Assembly (NCBI GenBank): GCA_905178155.1
Contig: CAJINV010000004.1
Coordinates: forward strand, 7,096,358-7,160,357
Source: Amoebophrya sp. A120
Lineage: Eukaryota; Protista; Dinoflagellata
Length of the DNA: 64,000 nt
Direction: 5' to 3'
Of the stretch, positions 38,920 to 50,407 are shown one piece after another. The number at the start of each line of letters is the position of its first letter. Position 1 is the stretch's first letter. The notes under the pieces were generated by a model. That model was not told the origin of the DNA, searched no databases, and worked only from the letters and a program-made list of their open reading frames with translations. The position numbers and the translations under genes are program-made.

Positions 38920-39499
38920 GATATTTTGCAGTCAATATACTGAAACGCGACCACCGTTTCTTGTTTCCCGTCGGTCTGCACCGCGTGTAGTGCAACGGTT
39001 GTTGACGCGAGCTAGCTCTCGACTCGTCGACAGGCTCACGCTAAGTAGACAATTCAACTCAATAAAGTTTGTGATCCATACCTGCATGTGATTGTCTTTG
39101 TCCAAGTTCGGTTCTCTTCTCAGAAGTTGAAGTACATTATATTGCAGTGCAAAAAATAAAAAAATCCCCGAGGGACATGTGAGCTTTGCTCTGTGGCGTA
39201 AGCGAACTAAACCAATTCTGGATATGCACATCTCCACTAAGAAGCTAGCACATACCAACCGATGCCGCGCAGCAAGCTACTTGGGCGTTCGTTGTATTCT
39301 AGATCGGACGCGCGTTGACGCTGAGGAACGGTTTCGCGCACTGGAGCTGTCGCTGGATGGAGCACTGCATCAAACAGATACGAGCAACCGGCGCAACCAA
39401 ACTCCAGGAATGAAGAGCACCAACTTCAGGAACAACACAGCAGAAGCTGGGGCAACCGATGCCAAAAAGCACAGTCTACACTGCAGTGCGGTGCCCATT

Positions 39500-41060
39500 C
39501 TAGATAGATTGCGATGGGAAAAGGCGCGCCCGCGGCCGTGGGAGCAGGCCGAGCTGCAGAGCGGGGCCGCGCTTTTGTATTGTTTCCTTTGGTGCGGCAC
39601 GTCGGGAAAACAAAAAGCGCGCCCGGGGGGATGCGTGGCGCATGTTTCTATTTACCGCTCCGCCGATCCGGGCGCCCGCCCCCCCAAGGCCGGCCGGCCT
39701 TCCACTCTGCGAAGGGGCCGACGGCGCGCTTGGGAGGGGAAAAGGAATGAAGGCGGGGGCGCCCACACCGACGGGCCCCGCCCCGGCGGGCCTGATGAGC
39801 AGGGGCCCCCTTGTTCTCTTGGGGGGGGGGGGGGGGCGGCGCGGCGGGCGGCCGGCCGGCGAGTTTGCGCGCGTAGGCTTTCTCCCTCGCCCCCCGCCCC
39901 CATGCACTCGGGGCAGAGGCGCCGCGGCGTGCTTGCTGCGCTTCTTCGCCGGCTTGGATGGGGGGCGCGCGCGCGCGCCTCCCGTGGCGAGGCCGCAAGC
40001 AACTCCGCCAGCGCGGCCATTTCTGATCTCGTTGCGCGCCTCGGGGTCAATCTTGCGGGGGCACGGGCCCCGGGTTCGCTCTCCGTGGAAAAAAATCCGG
40101 GCGCCCACGCCAAAATGCTTGGAGCCACTTCGAAACACATAGCGCCCCAAAGCCCCGGGCCAGCGGCGCCGCGCGCCGCAATGCGGGCGCGGGGCGCGCC
40201 CGCCCGGCCCGCCGTGCGTGGGTGGCGCGCGCGGGCGGCCAAGAGATGGCGGCGCCTCGCGCGCCGACACCAAGGAAGCCAACGGGCTGGCCGGCTGCCA
40301 GAGGCGGGGGCGCAATCAGGGCACGCGCTGGCGGCTTGGCTGCCGCCTGTTTGTTTGTATGGTTGGCGCTAGGCCCGGCAGCCCCGGGGGGCCCGGCTGC
40401 AGCTGTGTCACCCCGCTTTTCTTCTTCCCCGCCCTGCCTTCTTAGCGTGCAAGGCCGGCTGCGCGCAGTTTGATCGCTGCCTTTCATCGAACTCGGAGGA
40501 GGGATCGCTCCTGCCCCACTTGCAGGCGGCCGCTCTCCCTCGGGCGCCTTCAAAAATTAACGCGCGCGCCCGACGGGCCGGAAATACGCGGGGGGCTCTC
40601 CCCCACCAGCATGATTAGCACGGGGGCCACCGCCCTTTCGCCCCCCTGCCTGCCGTGCGCGGCGCCGCCCGGTGGGCCGGCAAAAGGGCGGGGCCGACCA
40701 AAGGCGCAAGGCCCACGCCCGGACCCCAGGCGCGCCGTCTAGCAACTGCCTCCGCCTTCTTCAGCCATCGGCCCAATGAGCCACCACGGCAAAGATGCGC
40801 GTCGCTCGCAGTGCTTCCGCCACGCTTCCGATCGCTACCTATGCGCGCCCAAGACCTCGCCCGGGCACCTCTCTGGCCCGCGCGAATCCCGGCAGCCCAC
40901 GCACTGCGCTCCCTTGCGCGAGGACGGGGCGGCCCACTGTGCCGGCGCAGCCCCTCAGCTTGCGCAACTCAGCGCGAAGCTTGCGGGCCGGGATGTGGCT
41001 GGACATCTTTGGGAACGGCGGGCCCCGCCAAGTTCGCCATGCGAATTGTGTGGCGGCTGC
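39500..41060. other. GC/CpG-rich intergenic island, probable decayed repeat
   Basis: Abrupt rise in GC, a G16 run near 39821-39836 and GCGCGC tracts. Confidence 0.55.
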
Positions 41061-42164
41061 AATGAGAAAGGACAAGGAGCGCTCCAACTCCGAACGCTCA
41101 AGAAGCACGCAAAAATCAGGGCAAATCGGTCAACGCTAGAACACAACATCCATCAACGAGACACGCAGCGCGGCGTTCTGCATGTAGCTTCTTTCGGATC
41201 AAATATGTTTCACACCATTCATTTCTATTTTGCAAAGCGCAAGCGCGAGCACTGTGAAAGCGAAACTCAACTTCCGCGATGCGAGTCTCACATTACGGAT
41301 TGCTCCGTCTACCTGCGTGCTTGCGACGTCCTGCGCGCTCGTGAATTCGAAAAAAACTTTCCTTGGCATCTCCATGTGCAGTCAGTCGTTTTTAATGTGC
41401 TGGTATATTGCGAGTTCTTGTCAGTAGTTATGGACAGACCATTCAAGTACAAGTTCATTATTCTCCATCCCCTAGGACAGCACCGCAACAACTTCTGATG
41501 CATGTATCGCGGCGATAGAAGAAGTAAACTTTCTAGTGCGGGTAGGTTGTATTGGTCAATGAAAAACACCCGAACAAAACATTCATTTTGAATTCGTAGA
41601 CCATCACTACAAACTGTAAATTTTCCTTCAATAAAATAACCGTCGGAATCGCGCTGCGAGTAGCTTTCATATCGGAACCAGCTGTTCCGCGTAAGAGAAG
41701 TACTCTATACTCCCTGTCCCTATCGTGTCTTCGTGGTGTAAATATGAGCCACCTACTACACTACATTACAGTATTCTATTACTCGTAATTGCGTTGTTTG
41801 ATTATTGAATAAAGCACATGAGGACAATACTGCTCCACAAGACGCGGGCGCAGTTGTTCATCTCTACTAACCGCAGGTAATTGAAGCTGCGCTTGTGGTC
41901 GCTGATGATGTGATAATCTGGTAAACTTCTGCAGTTCATGGTCTGCCTCAGGTTTTTTGTTTTACATACTGCTTCTGCTTGTAAATTTGACCTTTCGCTC
42001 TCGTTCTCGTTGCTCAACAAAAAAAAAACAGAATAACAATCTGTTCGGGCCCTTTTTCGCACGCAGCCAGCACAGCGCGGCGATCGTCGCATGCTGGCGA
42101 CCGACGCTGATGTCTTCAGGAGCATGCGAGAAAAGGCATCGTCGAAGTAGCACTATCCTCCTGA

Positions 42165-45100
42165 TCAAATTCCCGCCCGCCCTCGTCTTTCCGCGGCTGC
42201 GTAAGCGGCGGAGATCGCCCCGGCGCTGCTACGCTCCTGCAGAATCATCTTCTCCAGTCGCTCCTGCTTCAATTGCAAATCCAAGTTTGCCTCGCGCGCC
42301 CGCGCTTCGGTGAGATCCAAGTCGCGGGAAAATTGTTGGGCCTGGAAGTAGGTGAAGAAAATGAAGATCTAATGATGGCAAATAATAACATTTTTGTTTA
42401 AGCACGCCACCTCATCTGGCAATCAGTTCACTGCGCCCGAAAATGAAACTCTACCCTCTATACCTGTGACCCCAGATCCCTCTTCATGTCGTGTAGTTCC
42501 CGGTCTACTCTGCTCGTAATGTCATCGCACTTTCGGTCCAACACCGACAGCTTCGTCGGTATCGCGGGGTCGATGTCGGCGATCGCTGGTCTGCTGTTGT
42601 TGTTCATCAAAGCTGCGCATCAACTGCAAAAGTGTCTGTGTCTGGGGGATTGCGAGATTTGTCATGCCCGCCGGCATGACTCTGAACTCTGTGTTGCATG
42701 GCTGCGAAGAGCTCCTCCTCCCTGTCATGCAAAAACGCGGTTTGTGTTTGTCATGCGGAGTACCCAACTCAGAACCATGAAAAAAACTCGTCATGCTTGG
42801 CAGCGCATCATAGTAAGTCAGTTCACTATTCCCTTTCTTGCATCACAAGTTTCCAGACCCAGACATATTTGCAATGCATACTGCGTTTGTCGCGACGGTT
42901 TGTTCAAACGCGCGGAGGGAGTCTTCCACTTGGTTCAGCGTTATTCCGGATTTGTCTTCCACGTGCTCGAATACCTCGTTTCGCAGCACATCCAATTCTA
43001 TCTCCGTCGCCTCTGCTACGGCGCGCAGCTCCTGCTCCAGCTGCTTCAGAATCTTGGAGAACTCCGCTTTCGAGATAGGTAACGATTTCTCGATGCTACC
43101 CGTGTTTAGGCTACTGTTGAGCATCTGCTGCGCTGGGTCGGCGAAGTTCGATGCTGTCCCATTGCTGATCACCGATTCGATTGACTGTGCCAGCGTGCTG
43201 GAGATTGACTTTCTAATAGCTTGCTGATTCGCGGCGGAACGGGACCTGCTAGAGGAGGAAGGCATTTGGTTGTTCCCGCTGTTTCGGAAGTTGTTATTCA
43301 TGCTGGATCGTTGTGGTGAGCTGGGACGCGAGCGCGTTACGTTGATCAGAGTTTCCGCATGCCGGCGCTCAGAAGCTTCGAAGCGACGCTCGGTGTCTGG
43401 GTCATAGTGGAATTGAAACAATTTCTAGTATACCGCGCAAGAACTGGTCTTTAACATTACAGTTCAACATGTTTGTTGTACTACCTCAGCACGCTGCCCT
43501 CGCTCATGCCGCATTCATTTCCGCATAAATAATACGACGACAAACAATTTCACCATGCTATCTATATACCTCTCTCCAGCTGTTCTATCCTCTTCGACAA
43601 AGTCTCTGTCGCAACTGCTCCCCCGCCCGCGTTATTCATTAAGAAGCCCTTCTGCTGTTCAAAATCCCGTAGCTGGTTGTCTAATTCGCACGCCTATCAA
43701 ATGCAAAAATGTCTGGGTCTGGAAGGTTACCAGGTTTGTCATGCAGGTTTTCTATGACTCATGAGAACTGAAATGCAGCGCCTAGCATGACAAACTCTGT
43801 GAGATCTCTAGCATGCCGATCCTGCATGAGAAATTGCCTCTCAACTTGGTAAAAAACGACGGCTGTTGGTAATCACGCAACACAGATTTCTTGCATGATT
43901 CAGATTCAGCATGACAAGTTCCAACCTTCCAGACCCAGACATTTTTACATTTGATAACGCCCACTTCTTTACTTTTTCCAGCCCGCCGCGCACCAAATCC
44001 AGGTCCTTATGCAATGCAAAAGCATTGCACTAGTATAAATTGCATCACAAATTAGCCCAGCATTACATATTGATTGAATTTGTAATGCTGATCTACCTTG
44101 AGAAAGAGATTTGTGATGCATAAATCCAATTACTACGCGTACGATACTTTTGCACAGGATAGTCCTGCTTCGACGCCATTATCCCCGACCCGAACTCCTG
44201 CCGCATGGATCCGAAGTTCTTCACGTTTTCTAGCATATGCAATACAAATCTCCCGCACATGTACAAGACGCATCACAAATTTCGCCAATTTGGAGCGTAA
44301 AACTTGCCATGCTAAACTAGGATCGAAGCCAAGTTTTGTCATGCGGAGACCGCATTTGTACGTTTACGGGAAATTTACTGTGGATACAGCACCTGAAACT
44401 TCACCTGTTCTAGCACTTCTGCATTTTGAAAAACCGTTTGTGTCAACTGTGCTATCGCCGCCTGGTTCTGGGCTGGTAGCGCCGCTGCCTCTTCCTTCTC
44501 GCGCACGGCGAGGAGATTGAACATCTTGGACTCGAACTGCTTTTGGTACTTGTCGAAATTCTCGATGAATTCCTCTTTGAGTTTGTTCACCTCGGTAGGG
44601 ACAAGCTTCTCGCGGATATCCTCTGCGTCGTTCGTGACCTTGGTGAGCCGCTGGCCGTGGGATATTTCCAGCGCGGTGTGCTTTTCTTGGAGCCTGGTAA
44701 TTGTTTGTTAGTGGTGGGTAACCGGAGAAGTTGCGGTAGATGATCTACATGCGGTTTCGCGATGCTGCAGTTGTCACAGCAAAAAAAATGGATCCAAAGT
44801 GAGAATGGATCATGACGTGCTGGGTGACGTATCCCTGCATGGTGTCGAGCGCAAGGAAATTAATCGTCAAGCGTAGCATCGTGAATGACGTTGCGCAGGA
44901 TGGACATGCGGAAGAAAACTTTTGCAACGGCGAACAAATGCGGCAGCGGCCGCCGGCACCCAGTTCTACGTTGCGGAGCAGCCGGCTCGATTGGAATAAA
45001 GTGCGCAGTGGAGGAAAAGATTCGAATGACAGCCCACTTTTTAGATTCACAAAACATAAATCCCAGTACAGGACAAGCAAGAGTGAAAAAAGCGAAGGTG

Positions 45101-48100
45101 TCGAGTGCGGGGAAAAAAGCACAACTGGTGCCTGCCGTGGCAAAGCAAAAGGCTCAACTTGAAAAGCTGAAGGGCATTCGCGTGGTATGAAATAGACGCT
45201 GATCGTTTTAATACTCCATCACAGCAGGCTGCAGAATCTTACGCACGATGTTATCACGTCTGAAGCATCTTCACAAGCAAACACCACACCACCGCGTAAC
45301 GCGTGTTGCAGGACCATATATTTCTTTTGGACAAGAACCACGTCGAAACCACACATATTTTCAAATCAGAATACTGTTCCCTGGCCACTTGAGCTTCCTT
45401 CTCCAGCTGCCGTATGCTATCCACCGTCGACCTCCTTGTCTCGGCCAGCGCTTCGACCGTTTCGTTTCGATTTCGATCTACCGTGGAATCCAGTGTCTGG
45501 AGGGAAAACTCAACCTCCTTGTTTTTCATGGCTTGCTGGTTGGAAAACCCGGAAATTTCCTTCTGAATCGGGACTAGATGGGCGACGACGAATTCCTTCA
45601 ACTTCATGTCAATGAGGGAGTCAATGTCCGCCTTTGCGTTTTTCAAGTTCTGCTGGAGCATCTGATACAATAGATTGTGTGTACCAAGCATGTTCTGCAT
45701 CACAAACGCCCAACATCTGCGTTTGAAATTCTTGCATCACAAGTTCAACGTCATCTCTGTAGTCTTCTCTGTCTTGAAAATCAGTTGGAATTCTTGGATA
45801 TTAGTTTTCGGCTGGCACCCGGTCCTCCGTAGAGGTGGACCGTACAGCTCGAGAAAGTGAGATTTTGTCATCATGATGGGAGAGCAAAAGAACAATTGGA
45901 TTTCTGCATGACAAAACACCTTTGTGCTGTCATTCTTGCATGACAAAAAAACCAGAGATTCTTACCTGCTCCGCATGTTCCCCGGTGTGCCGTATTCTGT
46001 CCTCCATCTTCGCCACGCTGGCTTTCAAGCTACCGCTCATGTTTTGAATGTTTTCGACGATTTTCAACTCATCCAATTCCTTCAGCAACGCTCGCTGCAC
46101 CCGCTCCTGCGTCGACTCATCTGACGCAAAGTCGTCCACTTTCTGCGACAGCGCGGTCACCTGCATGGCGTGCTCTTGGAGGTTTATACCTTTTTTAATT
46201 TTATTTCGCCGCTCAATGAATCAATCTTGCCATCGTCATGCACCTGCACGACAGCGAATAGAATGGAATAGTATGTCTGTCGCTGCTGCAGGAGATCGTG
46301 CATGAATTACAGAGAAAAAAGCAACATTCCTATACGCTGCGCTTGCTCCATGGACATCATCTTGTCCAGCACTTGCTCCTTCAAATTCAGCGATTCCTTT
46401 TCCAAATGCGCAATCTTGTCCCATATCCTGTGCAAAAGTATCGTATTCGTATGAGTGCAAGGCTTGCATTACAAATCTTTATCTTACGGGAAATCCGCAT
46501 TACAAATTTTCTCTCTCATGCTGAGGAAATTTGTAATGCATTTATACGAGTACGATGCTTTTGCATTTCATATCCCAGCAGAGCTCGCGAAAGGTGCGGT
46601 TTTGGTCCTCCAGGAAACCTATCAAATGTAAAAATGTCTGGGTCTGGAAGATCATGCTGTTTCTGCATGACACACAAGGTCTGGCATGGAAGCTCTAGCA
46701 TCACAGGTTTCGAGAAGCTTCCGCAATGCCGAATCCGCATGACAAATCCCCCGTTTTGGTGACAGAAAGTGAGCAGCTTTTGCTGCCTATGCATCAGAGA
46801 TTTTTGTGTGTTCTGAAATGCGCATCACAAGTTGCATTCTTCCAGACCCAGACATTTTTACATTTGATAAAACCAAGACGTTCGTTGATCACGGCGACGC
46901 GTTTGGTCTCTATTCTGTGCAAAAGTATCGCACTCGTAGTAATTGCATTTATGCATTACAAATCTCTTTCTCAAGGTAAATCAGCATTACAAATCAAATG
47001 CTGGGCTAATTTGTAATGCAATTTATAACAGTACAATGCTTTTGCAGTTCATAGTCTCCTGCTCCAAACTATTGCGGAGAAAGCTGTATAGAAAACGATT
47101 TCTTGCATTGACACTTTAATATGAAGGTGGGTCACGACGCTGCAAAATCTTCCGCGCATTTTGTGGTGCACGGAAATGACGTTGGATCGGAGTTTCTGTT
47201 CTTGCATTGTGCGACTCAGATTATCCTTGAAGCACATAGAAAAATAGCGCAACAAGGATCTTCAACTGGTCACTGATTTAGTGTAGCATTCGTAAGTTGA
47301 GCTTGCACCCAACATAGAATTGTAAATTGGAGTCTCAGGCAACGAAAGCGGATTCAAAGCATGAATGCGAAAGGACTGTGCGTGGTGCCAACAAACGCTT
47401 ACTTTTAAATCAAACAGAAACTTAATTTTGTGGTGCACGGAGATGATGTTGTAGCGGAGTTTCATTGTGCGACTCAGATTATCCTTGAAGCACATGAAAA
47501 AAAGCACAACAAGGATCTTCAACTGGTCACATATCTATTGTAGCTTTCGTAAGTTGAGCTTGCATCCAACATAAAGTTGTAAGTTGGAGTCTCAGGCAAC
47601 GAAAGCGGCTTGGTACTTAGATCACGTGGACGTGAAATGTTAAAAATGCGTACTTGCATGATGCAGGCAGAGGAGAGTACTGCGACAGAACTGTGCGTGA
47701 TGGCATCAAAACGAAGTGAAGACATCAAGCAACGATTCAAAACCATTGTAATACGCGAGATCCGTGGTCGACTGCGGTCCGCCGCCATCTTGTCCTATCC
47801 GCGGCAACGGCACCGGGGAAAATTGCCGTGGATCCGCGCCGGACAGGTAGTTGTGGACGACTTGCTTGGGCGTTTTGTTCCCGCTGGTCGAAGTCAAGCT
47901 GTTGTTCAGATACCCTCCCGGGCCGAAGCCTCCTCCACCGAACCCACCTCCACCTCCGCCCCCAGACCCGGCTGAGCCACCAAACTGCGCATCAAGGCCA
48001 ACATTCATGCCGAGCGCTGCTGGGGGAAGTGAACCACTGCCGGAGAGTGAACCGCCATTGTTCATCGCGAGCAGTGGATTTGTCGTGTTACTGGCTAAAC

Positions 48101-48275
48101 CACTTGGAGCTGTTCTGGATCCTGCTGACGAAAATTGCGGCGCTTTCATGGGAGAAGAGCTACTACTCCCCCCGCCCGCTGAATAGCCGAAGCCCGGGCT
48201 CTGGTCAGCTGCACCGTGTGACGCAAGAAAGACCGAACGGACCTCGGACGCTGGGGGACGGTACGGCGCGTCCAT
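42165..48275 (-). CDS. Large coiled-coil protein with a G/S/P-rich N-terminus; seven introners
   Basis: In-frame exon chain MDAPYRPP...TDLA|FLRNSLEQETKRVAVINERLGFLEDQNRTFRELCWDKIAHLEKES...; heptad-like E/K/L/Q composition. No family recognised. Confidence 0.7.
42618..42880. mobile_element. Introner family A (263 bp; left terminus CAT instead of TAT)
   Basis: Family A TIRs; DR CTGCG. Confidence 0.88.
43695..43956. mobile_element. Introner family A (262 bp)
   Basis: Near-perfect family A TIRs; DR ACGCC. Confidence 0.92.
44008..44161. mobile_element. Introner family F (154 bp)
   Basis: Family F TIRs; DR GTCCT. Confidence 0.9.
44236..44386. mobile_element. Introner family B (151 bp, opposite orientation to 8175-8325)
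   Basis: TATGCAATACAAATCTCCCG...CGGGAAATTTACTGTGGATA; DR TAGCA/CAGCA. Confidence 0.88.
46424..46572. mobile_element. Introner family F (149 bp)
   Basis: Family F TIRs; DR TCCCA. Confidence 0.92.
46620..46869. mobile_element. Introner family A (250 bp)
   Basis: Near-perfect family A TIRs; DR AAACC (sense GGTTT, which allows exact GT-AG removal). Confidence 0.92.
46911..47053. mobile_element. Introner family F (143 bp)
   Basis: Family F TIRs; DR GTCTC. Confidence 0.9.
47159..47610. repeat. Diverged intronic duplication of about 190 bp (47159-47352 and 47427-47610)
   Basis: Shared blocks CATTGTGCGACTCAGATTATCCTTGAAGCACAT, CAACAAGGATCTTCAACTGGTCAC and TTGGAGTCTCAGGCAACGAAAGCGG. Confidence 0.85.
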
Positions 48276-49138
48276 TTTTGCAACGACTCGTGTTGCTACA
48301 CGCACATTCTTCAGACCTAGTGACAATCTAATTTCCTGTTAATTGACTATTGCGCCTCCGGCTTCTTATCCAACTATCGCGAAGCAACACACACGCAAAA
48401 ATCCTCCCAATGACGATGGACAGTAGAATTCAAAAGGTCCTTTGTCAAAAAACACACAAGATTTCGTCGAAACGGATAAAATTCGTTTTGCAGGATGTGA
48501 TTCTCTCGGGCTATGTACGTCCTTGCTTTAGCGGGTCTCATCTCTCTCGAAAAGCGCTTCATCGTTTTGGTATGAGAAGTGCGCAAGTCTGCGCCTCGGC
48601 TAACAGGATAGGAATGAAGGCATAGCGGGCAAGAACGCCATACGAGCAAAAATACCGAGTATTCTATAGAACAGTATCATACGTAGCAAAGCGCAATTAC
48701 ATCATGCGCATCACTTCGAAGCGGCCCCACAGAGGCAGCTCTTCACGGGACTCCGCCTTTTTTAAATTCCACGGGACTCAAACCTACAGACAAAAGTGAA
48801 AAGTTCGTCAGAATCTCATCAAGTACATGATAATCACCTCTAAACTCACGACTTCTCTCCGCAGATTCAATTCGACGTCGCTGAAACCTTTTTAGAAAAA
48901 AGATTCCGCGACGTTTTCCTTTCGCCTTTAAAAGAAGGTTTGTTTTCAATACAAATGGTTGTTGTACTCTATACCGTATCAAATCGACAAGTAGAGATGA
49001 TGGTGATGATGCTCATCTTTCGTCGTGACATAGATAGTCAAAGTGTTGTCTCTCTCATCTCAACATCACCTATCATCTCCCCGTTTATTCTTTCCAAAGA
49101 ACCTGCTAAAGCTCTTTTTCAGAAGAAAAACCACCGAT

Positions 49139-49615
49139 TTAATCAGCCTCCTCATCGACGCCGGAAGCAGCCTTCTTGGCCGCGGCCTCCTTGGCCTTGC
49201 GGGCGGCGGTGCGCGGGTTCATGACCTGCTTCTTGGCGGACTTGAAGGACTTCAAGATGGCACTGTACTTCTTGGTAGCCGCGCCGATCAAATCCCGGCG
49301 GTAGCCGTTCTTGGTCAACAGCTTCTCGACCATAGCGGAACCCTTCTTCGGGTTCTTGGCGATAGCGGTGTTCAGGGAAGCGGACCCCTTCTTCACGAAC
49401 ATGGAGAGGGTGACGAGTTCCTTCTTCTCACCGGACTTCTTGACGGAAACTCCCGCGGACTTCTTGTTGGCCAAACCGGAGTATTTGAAGCTGTTCAAGC
49501 CGGTCAGGTTCTGCGGCTCGGAGGTCATGACCGGGAGCTCCTTCTGCTTCTTGATGAAGCTGGAATTGTTGCGGACCAAAGTCCACAGCAGGTCGGACGG
49601 CACTTCGCGGACCAT
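49139..49615 (-). CDS. RPL28: 60S ribosomal protein eL28, intronless
   Basis: MVREVPSDLLWTLVRNNSSFIKK...EPQNLTGLNSFKYSGLANKK...YRRDL is the eL28 signature. Confidence 0.95.
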   Translation of the reverse strand: MVREVPSDLLWTLVRNNSSFIKKQKELPVMTSEPQNLTGLNSFKYSGLANKKSAGVSVKKSGEKKELVTLSMFVKKGSASLNTAIAKNPKKGSAMVEKLLTKNGYRRDLIGAATKKYSAILKSFKSAKKQVMNPRTAARKAKEAAAKKAASGVDEEAD

Positions 49616-50062
49616 TTTGTTGTTTTTGTGGTGATTTGATATGAAATTTAGGTACAGTACAACCTCGTGATTGTAACAACCTTCTCGAAAGACTAATGTC
49701 CCGAGACTAGGTTCCCTGTGATGGTATTGGGGTAGGGAAAAGGAATTGATTTTTGCATAGAATGGCGTAAGAAACAAGGCCACCAATTCCAACATAGCGG
49801 ATCTAGATATTGAGCATGATGAGCAAATCTGCCTAAATTTACGCAACGCGCGTGCAAGATCGCGTCCTCAAGAATCCAGATATTCGATTTAGATTTCCAT
49901 TTCGTTCAGCATTTTGGATCCGAAGCATGATCTTTAGATCGTGGTTTTGGACTTGCCAGGCTGGTGAGATCGCAACATAACTTTGCCGTGGACGCAACAT
50001 CGTTGGGCTATCAGTTCGATCTACACCCCACTACAGACAGTGCTTTTACTGCACCTGGAAAA

Positions 50063-50407
50063 ACTTGTATCAGAATCTCTTTTCGACTTTTTCTGTGACA
50101 GAAACGTCAAAGAGGATGACCTCTCAGATATCCCTATCTACTAAAATTCACGAGTTTCATCCTGCTTTGCTTAGGATCGCGGACTTTTTTGTGTCGACGA
50201 GCTGCATGCATTTCTCTCGATCCAGGTGGAACTTTTTTTCGATAAGATCGCGATTTTGATCCTAGCAAAACCAAAATTTAGAAACGCGGATCATGACGTG
50301 TACTTGTTCAGAATCTCTTTTCGACATTTTTGTGACAGCGACGTCAGGGAAGGTAATCCTTCTCAGATATCCCTATCTACAAATTCACTGGACTCATCCT
50401 GCTCTTT
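50063..50407. repeat. Diverged direct repeat of about 105 bp upstream of RPL28
   Basis: TCAGAATCTCTTTTCGAC...TCTCAGATATCCCTATCTAC...TCATCCTGCT at about 50063-50172 and 50302-50407. Confidence 0.8.

Noticed and set aside
39179-41498. Long R/A/G/P-rich ORFs in the GC islands (also 29500-30400, 59800-60600 and 62956-63815)
   Set aside because: High GC suppresses stop codons in all six frames, and no recognisable domains are present.
49616-49846. 77-aa N-terminal extension of RPL28 in the ORF track
   Set aside because: Non-ATG start; eL28 similarity begins at the ATG at 49615.
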